64,000 nucleotides of DNA from an uncultured Burkholderiales bacterium (GCA_903832625.1 CAILCI010000081.1:16452-80451), one strand, 5' to 3'; shown: positions 11,043 to 26,308, counted from the stretch's first letter. Numbers and translations: made by a program. Notes: generated from the letters alone by a model not told the origin.

Positions 11043-11519
11043 TTATTGGTAGGTGACAGCCACGATTTCGTAGCGCTTGACGCCACCGGGCGCTTGCACT
11101 TCGGCCACATCACCCTCTTCTTTGCCAATCAAGGCGCGGGCAATCGGGCTGCTGATGTTGATGAGTCCTAGTTTCAAATCGGCTTCGTCCTCACCCACGA
11201 TTTGATAGGTGACGGCGTCTCCCGAGGCCTCGTCTTCGAGTTCGACGGTTGCGCCAAACACGACGCGACCGCCGGCGTCCACTGCTGCTGGATCAATCAC
11301 TTGCGCGGCGGAGAGTTTGCCTTCGATTTCTTGAATTCGACCTTCGATGAAACCTTGACGGTCTTTGGCTGCGTCGTACTCGGCGTTTTCGCTCAAATCA
11401 CCTTGCGCACGGGCTTCAGAGATGGCATTGATGACCGAGGGACGGTCCACGGTTTTGAGGCGATGCAACTCAGCTTTGAGCTTTTCTGCACCGCGTTTGG
11501 TGATGGGTATCGTGGCCAT
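11043..11519 (-). CDS. greA: Transcription elongation factor GreA
   Basis: [18 protein letters not shown]. Confidence 0.96.
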   Translation of the reverse strand: MATIPITKRGAEKLKAELHRLKTVDRPSVINAISEARAQGDLSENAEYDAAKDRQGFIEGRIQEIEGKLSAAQVIDPAAVDAGGRVVFGATVELEDEASGDAVTYQIVGEDEADLKLGLINISSPIARALIGKEEGDVAEVQAPGGVKRYEIVAVTYQ

Positions 11520-11538
11520 AGTTGTCTGTCTTTCTAAT

Positions 11539-14783
<3,245 letters not shown>

Positions 14784-14784
<1 letters not shown>

Positions 14785-15947
14785 TAGTTTTTCTCCATCA
14801 ATTTGATGAAGCGGTCAAAGAGGTATGCAATATCGTGCGGGCCAGGCGATGCTTCGGGGTGGCCTTGGAAACAAAACGCGGGCTTGTCGGTGCGTGCCAA
14901 GCCTTGCAAGGTGCCGTCAAACAGCGACACATGGGTGGCGCGCAAATGGGCTGGCAAGGTGTTTTCGTCCACCGCAAAACCGTGGTTTTGGCTGGTGATG
15001 GAGACGCGGCCTGTGTCCAAGTCTTTCACGGGGTGGTTGGCACCGTGGTGACCGAACTTCATCTTGAAGGTTTTGGCGCCACTGGCCAAAGCCATGATTT
15101 GATGACCCAAGCAAATACCGAACGTCGGAATACCGCTGTCAATCAAGGCACGGGCGGCTTCGATGGCGTAGTCGCAAGGCTCGGGGTCGCCCGGGCCATT
15201 GGACAAAAAGATGCCATTGGGTTGCAGCTTGAGCACCTCTGCGGCAGGCGTTTTGGCAGGCACAACCGTGACTTTGCAACCGCGTTCAGCCAACATGCGC
15301 AGGATGTTTTTCTTCACGCCAAAGTCGTAAGCCACCACATGGAAGCGCGGCGCTTTGAGCGTGCCGTAGCCGGAGCCCAACACCCATTCGGTTTGCGTCC
15401 ACTCGTAGCCTTGGGTCACGCTGACTTTTTGCGCCAAATCCAAGCCTGCCATCGATGGCGCGGCTTTGGCCGCTGCAATGGCTTGGTCAATCAGGGCTTG
15501 GGTGACTTCTTCGCCCGCCTTCAAGCCGACGATGGCACCGTTTTGCGCGCCTTTGCTGCGCAGCACACGGGTGAGCTGGCGGGTGTCGATATTGGCAATG
15601 GCGACCGTGTGACTGTCGCGCAAATAGGCGTCCAGCGATTGGTTTGAGCGAAAGTTGCTCGCCAACAAAGGCAGGTCTTTGATGATGAGGCCTGCGGCAT
15701 GGACTTGATTGGCTTCGATGTCCTCTGGGTTGACGCCATAGTTGCCGATGTGCGGATACGTCAAGGTGACGATCTGCTGGCAGTAACTGGGGTCGGTGAG
15801 GATTTCTTGATACCCGACGATGGAGGTGTTGAACACCACCTCGCCGACGGTGGAGCCAGCGGCTCCAATCGAATTGCCAACAAAGACCGTGCCGTCTGCA
15901 AGCGCCAAGATGGCGGGCGGGAATTTTCCCTGAAGAGACAAAAGCAC
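14784..15947 (-). CDS. carA: Carbamoyl-phosphate synthase small subunit (GTG start at 15947)
   Basis: [24 protein letters not shown]; GGAG upstream of the GTG; TAATG overlap with carB. Confidence 0.96.
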
Positions 15948-16076
15948 TGGGTTCTCCGGAATAGTTCGGGTACGCCTCAGGCTCACCAGAGAAGTGACTC
16001 TCTTTTGGGCTGCTTGTTCGAGGAATTTGCCTAGGGGTTTAGCTGTGGCGTACGGGTTGAAGGGTGAAAGCCTCTC

Positions 16077-16082
16077 ATTATA
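16077..16082 (-). promoter_or_regulatory. -10 hexamer of the carA promoter
   Basis: Perfect TATAAT about 130 nt upstream of the start; no good -35 seen. Confidence 0.55.
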
Positions 16083-16117
16083 TCCGAGGCTCGTGGTTTA
16101 CCCCGAATCTGTCAGCC

Positions 16118-16885
16118 TCAAGTACAAGAACTGGCGTAGAGACAAATCGCTGCTGCCGCTGCCACGTTGAGCGACTCTTCGCCACCGGGCTGGGCGATGC
16201 GCACTGTCAGCGCGGCGCGTTGCGCCAACTCCGGCGAAACGCCCTGCCCTTCATGGCCGAGCAACCAAGCGCAAGGCTTGGGCAAGCTGCGGGTTTGCTG
16301 CAACTCATGCAAAAACGGCCCTTGATGCACATCGGTGGCCAACCAAGGCACGTGCAGTGCATCCAAAGCGTCTGGCGTGACGCCATCGACCAAATGCAAG
16401 CCAAAATGCGCGCCCATGCCCGCACGCAGCACCTTGGGCGACCACACAGCCGCCGAGCCTTTGAGCGCAACAACTTGGGTAAAACCAAAGGCCGAAGCAC
16501 TGCGCAAAATGGAGCCCACATTGCCCGCATCTTGCACGCGGTCTAACACCACAGTCGCGGCATTGGGCAGGATGTGTTGTGCCTCGGGCAAATGCATGAC
16601 AAAGCCCATGCGAGCCGGCGACTCCAAGCCGCTGATGTCTTGAAACAGCGCATCGGGCAGCACCACAATGCGTGGCGCAGCCTGTGTCCATTCGTCAGGA
16701 GCGCTGGGCAACAATGACTCGGCAAACACCGCCAGCTCTGGCTTGACGCCTCGCGCCAAAGCAGCGCGGCACAAATGGTCGCCCTCCAGCCACACCCGTT
16801 TGCTTTTGCGATAGGCCGTGCTGTCTTGCGCCAAACGGCGCAGTTCTTTGACCAAAGGGTTGTCGCGAGAGGTGATGAGGTTCAT
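16118..16885 (-). CDS. TrmH/SpoU-family RNA methyltransferase
   Basis: [29 protein letters not shown]; ATGA overlap with rnhB. Confidence 0.9.
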   Translation of the reverse strand: MNLITSRDNPLVKELRRLAQDSTAYRKSKRVWLEGDHLCRAALARGVKPELAVFAESLLPSAPDEWTQAAPRIVVLPDALFQDISGLESPARMGFVMHLPEAQHILPNAATVVLDRVQDAGNVGSILRSASAFGFTQVVALKGSAAVWSPKVLRAGMGAHFGLHLVDGVTPDALDALHVPWLATDVHQGPFLHELQQTRSLPKPCAWLLGHEGQGVSPELAQRAALTVRIAQPGGEESLNVAAAAAICLYASSCT

Positions 16886-17499
16886 TTCAGCACCTCGGCC
16901 ACGGGCGCAAATGTTTTGCGATGCCAAGGCGTCGCGCCATGTTCGCGCAGGGCTTGCAAATGTATTTCTGTCCCATAGCCCTTGTGTTTGTCAAAACCGT
17001 AGAGCGGGTATTGCTGGTGCAAGTCGTGGCACATCCGGTCGCGGTAGACCTTGGCCAAAATTGAGGCGGCAGAAATGGCTTGCACCTTGCTGTCGCCTTT
17101 GACGATTGCTTCGGCCAGCACATCGAGCACGGGCAAGCGGTTGCCATCGACCAAGACTTTGTTGGGCTTCAAGCGCAAGCCCATGACAGCGCGGCGCATG
17201 GCGAGCAGAGTGGCTTGCAAAATATTGAGTTGGTCAATTTCTTCTACGCTCGCTTCGGCAATGCAGCAGCACAGGGCTTTGGCGCGGATTTCGTCAAACA
17301 AACGTTCGCGTTTGATGGCGCTGAGTTTTTTGGAATCCGCCAAACCTTTGATCGGATTCAAATCGTCCAAGATCACGGCTGCGGCCACCACAGGCCCGGC
17401 CAATGGCCCGCGCCCTGCTTCGTCCACGCCAGCAATCAAACCCGGCGTGTCCCATGGCAGCGGCGACTGTTCAGCTTTCAAGAACTTCTTGGATCGCAT
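16882..17499 (-). CDS. rnhB: Ribonuclease HII
   Basis: [26 protein letters not shown]. Confidence 0.96.
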   Translation of the reverse strand: MRSKKFLKAEQSPLPWDTPGLIAGVDEAGRGPLAGPVVAAAVILDDLNPIKGLADSKKLSAIKRERLFDEIRAKALCCCIAEASVEEIDQLNILQATLLAMRRAVMGLRLKPNKVLVDGNRLPVLDVLAEAIVKGDSKVQAISAASILAKVYRDRMCHDLHQQYPLYGFDKHKGYGTEIHLQALREHGATPWHRKTFAPVAEVLK

Positions 17500-18610
17500 G
17501 GCTGGCCAGTGCAGCGGTGTCGCGCCGCAGGGTTTCATGGAGTTGAGCAAAACCAGCTTGGAGTTTTTCCACCCGTTTGGGTTGATCCAACCATTGCAGC
17601 ACTTCGTGTGCCATGGCTTGCGGCGTGGCGGCGTCTTGCAGCAATTCGGGCACCACAAAATCTTGCGCCAAGATGTTGGGCAAGCCCACCCAAGGCTGCA
17701 ACTTCTTGCGCCGTGTGATGTGCCAACTCAGGGCATTCATGTTGTAGGCAATGACCATTGGGCGTTTGAACAAAGCGGCCTCCAGCGTGGCCGTGCCACT
17801 GGCAATCAAGGTCACGTCGCAAGCGGCCAAGGCCGTGTGCGATTGGCCTGGCACGATGTGCAAATGAGGCACGCGCTCAACTTGTGCAATGGCCTCGATC
17901 TGCGCCTTGAGCGAAGGCATGGCGGGCAAAACAAAGTGCAGCTCGGGTCGTTTGCGCTGCATCACTTGGGCAGCTTGCAAAAAGCGTTGCGTCAAGTATT
18001 TGATTTCTGAGGCTCGGCTGCCCGGCAACAACGCCACCACAGGCGCGTCTTGCGGCAGACCCAAGCTTTGGCGGGCAGCGGCCTGATGGACCTCTTGCGG
18101 AATCATTTGCGCCAAGGGATGACCCACGTAGGTCGCCGCAATGCCGTGTTGTTTGAGCAAATCGACCTCAAACGGAAAAATGCACAGCACATGGTCCACG
18201 CTTTGGCGGATTTTTTCCACACGTTCGGCGCGCCAAGCCCAAATGGATGGGCAGACGAAATGCACCGTGCGAATGCCGTGGGTTTTGAGGTCGCGCTCTA
18301 AATCCAAATTGAAATCAGGCGCGTCCACGCCAATGAAGGCGCTGGGCGGATGGGCCAACAAACGCTCGCGCAACTGGCGGCGAATGCCCACAATTTTTCG
18401 GTAGTGACGCAGCACTTCGACATAGCCGCGCACCGCCAATGCGTCGCTCGGCCACAGGGCTTGAAAACCTTGTTGCGTCATGCGCGCGCCACCAATGCCG
18501 CTGGCTTGTAAATCAGGCCAGGTTTGTTTCATGCCTTGCAGCAACAAGCTCGCCAGCAAATCGCCCGACGCCTCGCCAGCCACCAGCGAAAAATGGGGTG
18601 CGCCGTTCAT
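17471..18610 (-). CDS. lpxB: Lipid-A-disaccharide synthase
   Basis: [30 protein letters not shown]. Confidence 0.96.
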   Translation of the reverse strand: MNGAPHFSLVAGEASGDLLASLLLQGMKQTWPDLQASGIGGARMTQQGFQALWPSDALAVRGYVEVLRHYRKIVGIRRQLRERLLAHPPSAFIGVDAPDFNLDLERDLKTHGIRTVHFVCPSIWAWRAERVEKIRQSVDHVLCIFPFEVDLLKQHGIAATYVGHPLAQMIPQEVHQAAARQSLGLPQDAPVVALLPGSRASEIKYLTQRFLQAAQVMQRKRPELHFVLPAMPSLKAQIEAIAQVERVPHLHIVPGQSHTALAACDVTLIASGTATLEAALFKRPMVIAYNMNALSWHITRRKKLQPWVGLPNILAQDFVVPELLQDAATPQAMAHEVLQWLDQPKRVEKLQAGFAQLHETLRRDTAALASHAIQEVLES

Positions 18611-18616
18611 GACCAA

Positions 18617-19411
18617 TCAACGAACAATGCCGCGCTGGGGCGAGGTGTGCTGCAAAAAGTCCAGCATCATCGCCACGTCGGGCGCGGACTCGGGCTTGTC
18701 TTGCACCAAAGCGGCAATGCGAGACTTGGATTGCTCCAGCGTCAAATCGTCGCGGTAGAGCGCTTTGTACATGGCTTTGACGGCGCTGATGCGTTCCGGC
18801 GAAAAACCACGGCGTCGCAAGCCTTCAAAGTTCATAGACCGTGCTTCTGCCGGTTGGCCTTGGCACATCACAAACGGCGGCAAGTCAGCAAACAACAGTG
18901 AGTGCATGGCCGTGAAGCAATGTGCGCCCAAGCGCACAAACTGATGCACCACGGTGAAGCCACCCAAAATCGCCCAATCACCCACATGCACATGGCCAGC
19001 AAGCTGCGAACTGTTGGCAAAAATTGTGTGATTGCCCACTTGGCAGTCGTGGGCCAAATGCACATAGGCCATGATCCAGTTGTCGTCTCCCAATCGGGTC
19101 ACGCCCACGTCGCCGGGAGAGCCAATGTTGAAGGTGCAAAATTCTCGGATGGTATTGCGCGAGCCAATGACCAATTCGCAGGGCTCGCCTGCGTATTTTT
19201 TGTCTTGTGGAATCGCACCCAACGAGTTGAACTGAAAGATATGGTTGTCACGCCCAATCGTGGTGTGGCCTTCGATCACGCAATGCGCACCAATGGTCGT
19301 ACCAGCATCGATACGAACATGGGGGCCAATGATGGTGTAAGGTCCGACCTGCACCGAGCTGTCGAGCTCGGCTTGGGGGTCAACCAAGGCGGTGGGGTGA
19401 ATCAGACTCAT
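18617..19411 (-). CDS. lpxA: UDP-N-acetylglucosamine acyltransferase
   Basis: IHPTA start, hexapeptide repeats, PQDKKY, HLAHDC. Confidence 0.96.
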   Translation of the reverse strand: MSLIHPTALVDPQAELDSSVQVGPYTIIGPHVRIDAGTTIGAHCVIEGHTTIGRDNHIFQFNSLGAIPQDKKYAGEPCELVIGSRNTIREFCTFNIGSPGDVGVTRLGDDNWIMAYVHLAHDCQVGNHTIFANSSQLAGHVHVGDWAILGGFTVVHQFVRLGAHCFTAMHSLLFADLPPFVMCQGQPAEARSMNFEGLRRRGFSPERISAVKAMYKALYRDDLTLEQSKSRIAALVQDKPESAPDVAMMLDFLQHTSPQRGIVR

Positions 19412-19430
19412 GCGACTGCCACTCAACACA

Positions 19431-19874
19431 TCAGGCAATGGAGCGCATGGTGCACATCAATTCGGCTTCCACCGCAATTTCAGTGCCGACCTTGGCGCGG
19501 GCCTTGAATTTGAAAATGCCCGCTTTCATGCGATCGAGCTCGACTTCTAAAATCAACTGATCGCCTGGTTCGACGGGGCGTTTGAAGCGAGCGCCATCGA
19601 TGCCTGCAAAGTAATACACCGTTTTGTCGTCGGGTGCCGCGCCCAACATATCAAAGGCCAACAAGGCCGCTGCTTGCGCCAAAGCTTCAAGCATCAACAC
19701 GCCAGGCATCACGGGGCGATGTGGGAAATGACCAGTGAAAAAAGGCTCGTTGATGGTGATATTCTTCAGCGCCTTGATGCTCTTGCCTTTGTCAATTTCC
19801 AGCACCCGATCCACCAACAAAAACGGGTAGCGGTGCGGCAATTGCTTGAGAACTTGATGAATGTCCATGCTCAT
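19431..19874 (-). CDS. fabZ: 3-hydroxyacyl-ACP dehydratase
   Basis: [28 protein letters not shown]. Confidence 0.97.
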   Translation of the reverse strand: MSMDIHQVLKQLPHRYPFLLVDRVLEIDKGKSIKALKNITINEPFFTGHFPHRPVMPGVLMLEALAQAAALLAFDMLGAAPDDKTVYYFAGIDGARFKRPVEPGDQLILEVELDRMKAGIFKFKARAKVGTEIAVEAELMCTMRSIA

Positions 19875-20857
19875 TTTTCGTGTCTTTCTAATTCTGATTC
19901 AATGTGTTTGATGCGCTCGCGCAAACGATGCAACTGGCGCAAGGTAGCGGCATTTTTTTCCCAAGAAGCATTGTCGTCGATAGGAAATACGCCGCTGTAC
20001 TGACCGGGTTGGCGAATCGAGCGCATCACCACAGACGCTGCCGAAATATGCACACCATCGGCCAACTCCAAATGCCCCAGCACCACCGCGCCCCCGCCCA
20101 CCGTGCAATGTGCGCCAATGCGAGCACTGCCCGCCACACCCGCGCAACCCGCCAATGCCGTGTGTGCGCCAATGTGTACGTTGTGCCCAATTTGCACCAA
20201 GTTGTCCAACTTGACACCATCTTCGAGAACGGTATCACTCAATGCACCTCGGTCAATGCAGCTGTTGGCGCCGATTTCTACATCGTTGCCAATGCGCACA
20301 GCACCGAGTTGCTCAATTTTTTCCCAGCGCCCTTGATTTTGCGCGAAACCAAAACCGTCTGCGCCAATCACCACACCTGCGTGAATGATGCAACGCTCGC
20401 CAATCTGGCAATCTTCACCCAAAGTGACGCTGGCTTTGAGCCACGAATGAGCGCCAAGCACAGCGCCTCGCTCCACCACACACAAAGGACCAATGCGCGC
20501 TGTGTCATGGACTTTTGCCTGGGGATGAATGACAGCGCTGGCGTGAATCAAGGGCTGATGGTCGTCTTGGCGTAGGTGCGCTCGCCAAAGCTGTGTGAGC
20601 CGGGCGAAATAAAAGTACGGGTCTTCGGTGACGATGCAAGCACCGCGCGCTTTGGCCGCATCGGCCATCGCAGGCGAAACAATCACACAAGCCGCCAAAC
20701 TAGCGCTAAGTTGGGCTTGGTATTTGGGATGACTCAAGAAACTCAGCGCATCGGCTTGCGCTGACTCCAGCGAAGCAATGCGTTGAATCAAAAGCTCGGG
20801 GGCACCGTGTAAGGTGCCCCCGAGCTTTTCAACAATTTGGCCGAGTGTGAGGGCCAC
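19871..20857 (-). CDS. lpxD: UDP-3-O-acylglucosamine N-acyltransferase
   Basis: [26 protein letters not shown]. Confidence 0.96.
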   Translation of the reverse strand: MALTLGQIVEKLGGTLHGAPELLIQRIASLESAQADALSFLSHPKYQAQLSASLAACVIVSPAMADAAKARGACIVTEDPYFYFARLTQLWRAHLRQDDHQPLIHASAVIHPQAKVHDTARIGPLCVVERGAVLGAHSWLKASVTLGEDCQIGERCIIHAGVVIGADGFGFAQNQGRWEKIEQLGAVRIGNDVEIGANSCIDRGALSDTVLEDGVKLDNLVQIGHNVHIGAHTALAGCAGVAGSARIGAHCTVGGGAVVLGHLELADGVHISAASVVMRSIRQPGQYSGVFPIDDNASWEKNAATLRQLHRLRERIKHIESELERHEK

Positions 20858-20863
20858 GGTTTT

Positions 20864-21370
20864 TTACTTAGCTGCGTTCATCACCTTGAGCACTTTGTCG
20901 GTGATGTCGTGCTTGGGGTTGAAATAAACGGCTTCTTGCAAGATCAAATCGTATTTTTCGTTTTCTGCAATCTGTTTGATCACGCGGTTGAGCACGGCCA
21001 ACACAGCTTGCAATTCTTCGCTCTTGCGGGCATTGAGTTCATCTTGCAAATCACGACGTTTGCGTTGAAACTCGCGGTCTTGTTCGCCCAATTGTTTTTG
21101 TCGCGCAATGCGTTGCGACTCTGCCAAAGTGGGTGCGTCCACATCGAATTTGTCAATGGCGGCTTTCAAGGTCTTGCCAGCATCGTCCAAATCTTTTTGA
21201 CGCTTGGAGAAATCTTGTTCCAACTTAGATTGCGCTTGCTTGGCCGCATTGGACTCTTTGAACACGCGGTCGGTGTTGATCACGCCAACTCGGAAATCCT
21301 CTGCTTGTGCGCCAAAAGCAGCACATGCCAAAACAAATACCAAGCCGAATGATTTAAGCATTTTTTTCAT
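20864..21370 (-). CDS. skp: Periplasmic chaperone Skp/OmpH
   Basis: Signal peptide, coiled coil, YDLIL...DITDKVL; lies between bamA and lpxD. Confidence 0.9.
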   Translation of the reverse strand: MKKMLKSFGLVFVLACAAFGAQAEDFRVGVINTDRVFKESNAAKQAQSKLEQDFSKRQKDLDDAGKTLKAAIDKFDVDAPTLAESQRIARQKQLGEQDREFQRKRRDLQDELNARKSEELQAVLAVLNRVIKQIAENEKYDLILQEAVYFNPKHDITDKVLKVMNAAK

Positions 21371-23685
21371 CAAAAGGTCGTCCCGATTTGAAATTGAATA
21401 TGCTGAATTGTATCCCCTTCAAACGAGCGGATGGGCTTGGCCCAAGCCAATCGCAAGGGTCCCAAAGGCGTGACCCAGCTGATACCAAGGCCCACAGATG
21501 AGCGCAATTGGCTCAACTGAACGGGTTGATCTGGCGCGTAAACGTTACCAATGTCATAGAAACCGTACAAACGCAGGCTGCGGTCGTTACCGGCACCCGG
21601 AAAAGGCATTTGCAATTCGTTGTTGATCGTGATTTTGCGGCTGCCGCCAATCACATACGACGAGTTAGGCACTAGAGAATTTGGACCATTGAATTTTCGC
21701 TCGCCCAAGCTGCCCGGAGAAAACCCTCGCACCGAACCCAGACCGCCAGATGTGTAATATTTAAACAAGGGAAACTCTTGGCCGTTTAAGCCATATCCCA
21801 AACCCAAGTCCGAATTAAAGGCATAGGTGTATTGCTTGCTCAAAGGAACATATTGTTGGTACTGCCCACCTAGTTTGACATAACGCAATTCGCCTGAGAC
21901 GCTGGTCTCAGAATTCAATCGGAAATACCTTCCTGATGTTGGATTGAGGTAATTGTCGCGGCTATCTCGCGCCCATCCTGCGGTCAACGGATAAGCTCTG
22001 GTAACGCTGCCAAATGTGGAAATATATTGGTTATAGACATCTGGCAAATACAGGCCTTGAATGATTTGAGTATTCTCAAAACCCGCTCCCACAAACACGC
22101 GGTCTAACTCAGTCACAGGCACGCCAAAGGTAACTGAACCGCCCGTGGTGATCAATTGATAGTCGCCCTGCACCAGTGTTGAATAAGGTCGGCTGACGCG
22201 GTGGTAGTAACTCAGCGTTCTGGAAACCCCGTCTTCGGTGAAATAAGGATCTGTTTCACTGATGATATAGGTGCGGTTGAGTGAACTGGTATTGACTTGC
22301 AAGCCAATATTTTGACCAGAACCAAAAATATTATCTTGCTGAATACCGAACATGAATGACAAGTGATCCAAGCTCGAATAACCAGCGCCAATATTCAGCA
22401 TGCCAGTGGGTTTTTCAACCACATTGACATTCAGATCGACTTGATCTTGCGTGCCCGCCACTTCTTGGGTATCAAGTTCCACATCTTTGAAGTAGCCCAA
22501 GCGTTGAATACGGTCTTTGGATAATTTGATTTTTTGGCCGTCATACCAAGCGGCTTCGGTTTGACGCAATTCACGGCGAACAATTTCGTCGCGTGTGCGG
22601 GTATTGCCCACAATGTTGATGCGACGCACATAAGCGCGGCGGGCGGGATCGGCCACCAGCACCAATTTGACACGGTTGTTTTCGCGGTCAATTTCGGGGC
22701 GCGATTCGGTATGTGCAAATGCAAACCCGAAATCAGCAAAAAAATCATTGAATGCTTTGGTGGTTTTGACCACATCATCCACGTTATAAGGTTTACCCAC
22801 TTTGATGTTGACCAATGATTTGAATTCATTGTCTTTGTTCAGGTAATAACCTTCCAGCGCCACTTCAGAGACCACAAAAACATTGCCCTCCGAAATATTG
22901 ATGGTGATGGAGATATCTTGCTTGTTGGGCGAAATAGCGACCTGTGTGGAGTCAACGCGGAATTCTAAAAAGCCGCGCGATTGATACCAAGCGCGCAAGG
23001 TTTCTAAGTCAGCATTGAGTTTGGTGCGTGAATAACGGTCAGACTTGGTGTACCAACTGAGCCAATTGCCCACGTTTTGATCCAATTGTTCCAACAAAAC
23101 TTTTTCGCTGAACGCGTTGGCACCCACGATACGCATTTCTTTGATCTTGGCCAAATCGCCCTCGACCACAGTGAACGACAAGTTCACACGGTTGCGCTCG
23201 ATGGGCGTGATGGTGGTGATGATTTCAGCGCCATACAAGCTTCGGTTGACATATTGACGCTTGAGTTCTTGTTCTGCGCGATCAGCCAAAGCTTTGTCAA
23301 ACGGGCGCCCTTCTGACAAGCCAATGTCTTTCAAGGCCTTGCCCAATACATCTTTGTCAAACTCTTTTGCACCAATAAAGTCCACTTTGGCAATGGTGGG
23401 GCGCTCTTCAACGATCAAAACAATCACGTCCCCGCTGACTTCAATGCGCACATCTTTGAATAGTCCCAAGGCAAACAAACTGCGAATGGCGGCAGCGCCC
23501 TTTTCCTCGTTGTACGGGTCACCCACACGAAAAGGCACCGAGGCAAATACCGTTCCGGGTTCGACCCGTTGTAAGCCTTCAACCCGAATATCTTTGATCG
23601 CAATGGACTCGGCAGCCCATCCGCTAAAACTCAGCAGCGCGACAAGAAAAAACGTGACAAAGCGTCGCAAAAAATGAGCCTGCAT
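21370..23685 (-). CDS. bamA: Outer-membrane assembly factor BamA (start may be 23700 or 23706)
   Basis: Signal peptide, POTRA repeats, VRGF motif in the barrel, C-terminal FQIGTTF. Confidence 0.96.
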   Translation of the reverse strand: MQAHFLRRFVTFFLVALLSFSGWAAESIAIKDIRVEGLQRVEPGTVFASVPFRVGDPYNEEKGAAAIRSLFALGLFKDVRIEVSGDVIVLIVEERPTIAKVDFIGAKEFDKDVLGKALKDIGLSEGRPFDKALADRAEQELKRQYVNRSLYGAEIITTITPIERNRVNLSFTVVEGDLAKIKEMRIVGANAFSEKVLLEQLDQNVGNWLSWYTKSDRYSRTKLNADLETLRAWYQSRGFLEFRVDSTQVAISPNKQDISITINISEGNVFVVSEVALEGYYLNKDNEFKSLVNIKVGKPYNVDDVVKTTKAFNDFFADFGFAFAHTESRPEIDRENNRVKLVLVADPARRAYVRRINIVGNTRTRDEIVRRELRQTEAAWYDGQKIKLSKDRIQRLGYFKDVELDTQEVAGTQDQVDLNVNVVEKPTGMLNIGAGYSSLDHLSFMFGIQQDNIFGSGQNIGLQVNTSSLNRTYIISETDPYFTEDGVSRTLSYYHRVSRPYSTLVQGDYQLITTGGSVTFGVPVTELDRVFVGAGFENTQIIQGLYLPDVYNQYISTFGSVTRAYPLTAGWARDSRDNYLNPTSGRYFRLNSETSVSGELRYVKLGGQYQQYVPLSKQYTYAFNSDLGLGYGLNGQEFPLFKYYTSGGLGSVRGFSPGSLGERKFNGPNSLVPNSSYVIGGSRKITINNELQMPFPGAGNDRSLRLYGFYDIGNVYAPDQPVQLSQLRSSVGLGISWVTPLGPLRLAWAKPIRSFEGDTIQHIQFQIGTTF

Positions 23686-23732
23686 AGAAGTTATAACCAT
23701 GTTCATGTGTGTTGCAAATAGGGGCTGATTGT

Positions 23733-25100
23733 TTAAAACAGCTTCAACCAACCCATTCTTTCCAGGTCGTTGAAAAACGTAAAAATCATGAGTGCAACAA
23801 TCAGGCATAAGCCGATTCGTTGCATGACGCCGAGTGTATGCGGCGATAAAGCCCGCCCTCGGACGGCCTCCAAAAGATAATACATCAGGTGCCCACCGTC
23901 GAGCATGGGCAGTGGCAGCATATTTAAAACAAATAGGCTCACACTGATGATCGACAAATAAGACAAATAGGCAGCCACTCCAATTTCAGCGGCTTGCCCC
24001 GCAAATTCCGCCACGCCCAAAGGCCCTGTCAGGCTTTTGGCAGAAGCCTCGCCCAAAACCATTTGCCAGATCCCGTGCAGGGTGATGGACACGATATCAA
24101 GAGCATGGTTGACGCCTTTGATCAAGCCCTCTGTTACGCCGTATTGCACCCACACTTGTTCAGGCAGGGAACCAATTTGCACTCCCACGCGTCCTATGTA
24201 TCCCGCATCTGTAGCCAATCGTGTGGGCGTCACGACCAAGGTCATCTGGCCGTGTTGAGGCCGATCGATTCGCCATTCTTGGGGCGCGGGGTCCCCTGAA
24301 GCTGCGCTTTGACGGATGAATTGGCGCAACATCATTGCGTCATGAAAAGCCAGCCCGTCAATGCTCAACACCGTATCGCCCGGCAGCAAGCCCGCTGCGT
24401 GAGCCGCTGTCGCATCTTGAACCTGCCCCAACACAGGCGCGCTCAAGGCCGCGCCTATGCCCAAAGCCTCAAGTCCTTGGTTATTTTTGGGATCGAAGGC
24501 AGGAATGACCAGCCCGTGTGTGCGACCCGTTTGCGCCGACAGAATCTGTAGCGTCACATCTTGGTTGGCAAAGTCTTGTCCTAGGGCCCACCAGCGCAAA
24601 TCATCCATGGAGGCGATGCTTTGAACCTCGTTTTGCGAGGTGCCTGCCGCTAACACCACATCGCCACTTTTGAGTCCTGCCATTTGTGCGGGCGAACCCA
24701 TTTGTGGCATGGCTAACACCGCTTTGGTTTCGAACTGCCCCATCCAAAAAACCGTGACGCTGAGAGCGATGGCTAGCACCAAATTGGCCAATGGCCCAGC
24801 CAAGACGATGCAAGTGCGAACCCACAGCGGCTTGGCATTGAGCGCCATGTGGCGTTGCTCAGGCGCAAGCGCCGGATCATGGCTATCCAACATACGCACA
24901 TATCCGCCTAACGGAATCGCGCCCACGATGAACTCAACCTCTTGCCCGTGCTGAAGGCTGCGCCATTTCAGCAACGACGGACCAAACCCGATTGAAAACT
25001 GCGTCACCCGCACACCCAAACCCACTGCCACGCGGTAGTGCCCCCATTCGTGCACGGTGATCAAAATCGCCAATGCCAAAACAAATGCAAGCACCGTCAT
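23733..25100 (-). CDS. rseP: RIP metalloprotease RseP
   Basis: HEWGH, two PDZ regions, NMLPLPMLDGG. Confidence 0.95.
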   Translation of the reverse strand: MTVLAFVLALAILITVHEWGHYRVAVGLGVRVTQFSIGFGPSLLKWRSLQHGQEVEFIVGAIPLGGYVRMLDSHDPALAPEQRHMALNAKPLWVRTCIVLAGPLANLVLAIALSVTVFWMGQFETKAVLAMPQMGSPAQMAGLKSGDVVLAAGTSQNEVQSIASMDDLRWWALGQDFANQDVTLQILSAQTGRTHGLVIPAFDPKNNQGLEALGIGAALSAPVLGQVQDATAAHAAGLLPGDTVLSIDGLAFHDAMMLRQFIRQSAASGDPAPQEWRIDRPQHGQMTLVVTPTRLATDAGYIGRVGVQIGSLPEQVWVQYGVTEGLIKGVNHALDIVSITLHGIWQMVLGEASAKSLTGPLGVAEFAGQAAEIGVAAYLSYLSIISVSLFVLNMLPLPMLDGGHLMYYLLEAVRGRALSPHTLGVMQRIGLCLIVALMIFTFFNDLERMGWLKLF

Positions 25101-26296
25101 GCGCGCAGCTTTCGTATTTGCTCTTGGGCAGTAGCGCGGGCTTGCGCATCCAAGGCCAACAAGTCTTGCAAATTTGTGGGTCTGCTGGGCACACCGCGCT
25201 CCAAGCTTGCCAAGTTGACAGCATGGATTTGGTCAAAGCGAATGCGCTGCTCTAAGAATGCCGCAACCGCTTCTTCGTTGGCCGCATTCAGGACTGCGGT
25301 GGAACCCGCAGGCGCGCGCAATGCCTGCCATGCCAAGTGGATGCCCGCAAAGCGCTTTGAGTGATCGCCATCGTCCAAGGCTTCAAACGTCATGGCGGGT
25401 AGTTTTTTGAAATCCAATGCGCTCGCCCCAGAGTGCACACGCTCAGGCCAGCTCAAACCATAGGCAATGGGCACGCGCATATCGGGTGTGCCCAACTGAG
25501 CCACCACCGAGGTATCGCGGTATTGCACCATCGAGTGAATAATGCTTTGAGGATGAATCACCACCTCCAATCGATCGGGCGGCAGACCAAACAAATAGCG
25601 CGCCTCGATGACCTCCAAGGCCTTGTTCATCATGGTGGCAGAGTCGACAGATATTTTGCGACCCATCACCCAATTGGGATGCGCGCAGGCTTGATCGGGC
25701 GTGACGTCTTTGAGCGAGTCAACCGCACGGGTTCTGAATGGCCCACCCGAGGCGGTGAGGATGATTTTCTCGACCCGCGCGTCCCAAGTGCTTGGGTCTT
25801 GGGGCAATGATTGAAAAATAGCCGAATGCTCGCTGTCAATCGGCAGCAGAGTTGCCCCCCCGAACTGAACCGCTGACATGAACACATCTGCGCCCACGAC
25901 CAAGGCTTCTTTATTGGCCAGCAACAAGCGTTTGCCCGCGCGAGCAGCAGCCATACAAGGCGACAAACCAGCGGCACCCACAATAGCCGCCATGACCACA
26001 TTCACCTCAGGATGAGCGGCAATGTCATCCAGCGCTTGGGCGCCACACAGCACATCGGTTTTCAAACCTTCAGCCGTGATTTTTTCTTGCAAACTGGCAG
26101 CTGCTTGAGGCTGAACCATCACCGCAAAGCGAGGTTTGTATTGCGCACATTGGCGCAACATCAAATCCACTTGGCTCGCGCCTGAGAGCGCGAACACCCG
26201 AAAGCGATCGGGATGGCGCGACAACACATCCAGAGTGTTCACACCAATCGAGCCCGTTGAGCCAAGCACCGTGATGAGTTGAGGCGTTTGTGTCAT
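25097..26296 (-). CDS. dxr: 1-deoxy-D-xylulose-5-phosphate reductoisomerase
   Basis: GSTGSIG, LANKE, PIDSEH, HPNWVMGRKIS. Confidence 0.97.
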   Translation of the reverse strand: MTQTPQLITVLGSTGSIGVNTLDVLSRHPDRFRVFALSGASQVDLMLRQCAQYKPRFAVMVQPQAAASLQEKITAEGLKTDVLCGAQALDDIAAHPEVNVVMAAIVGAAGLSPCMAAARAGKRLLLANKEALVVGADVFMSAVQFGGATLLPIDSEHSAIFQSLPQDPSTWDARVEKIILTASGGPFRTRAVDSLKDVTPDQACAHPNWVMGRKISVDSATMMNKALEVIEARYLFGLPPDRLEVVIHPQSIIHSMVQYRDTSVVAQLGTPDMRVPIAYGLSWPERVHSGASALDFKKLPAMTFEALDDGDHSKRFAGIHLAWQALRAPAGSTAVLNAANEEAVAAFLEQRIRFDQIHAVNLASLERGVPSRPTNLQDLLALDAQARATAQEQIRKLRA

Positions 26297-26308
26297 GTGT
26301 TTCTAAGA

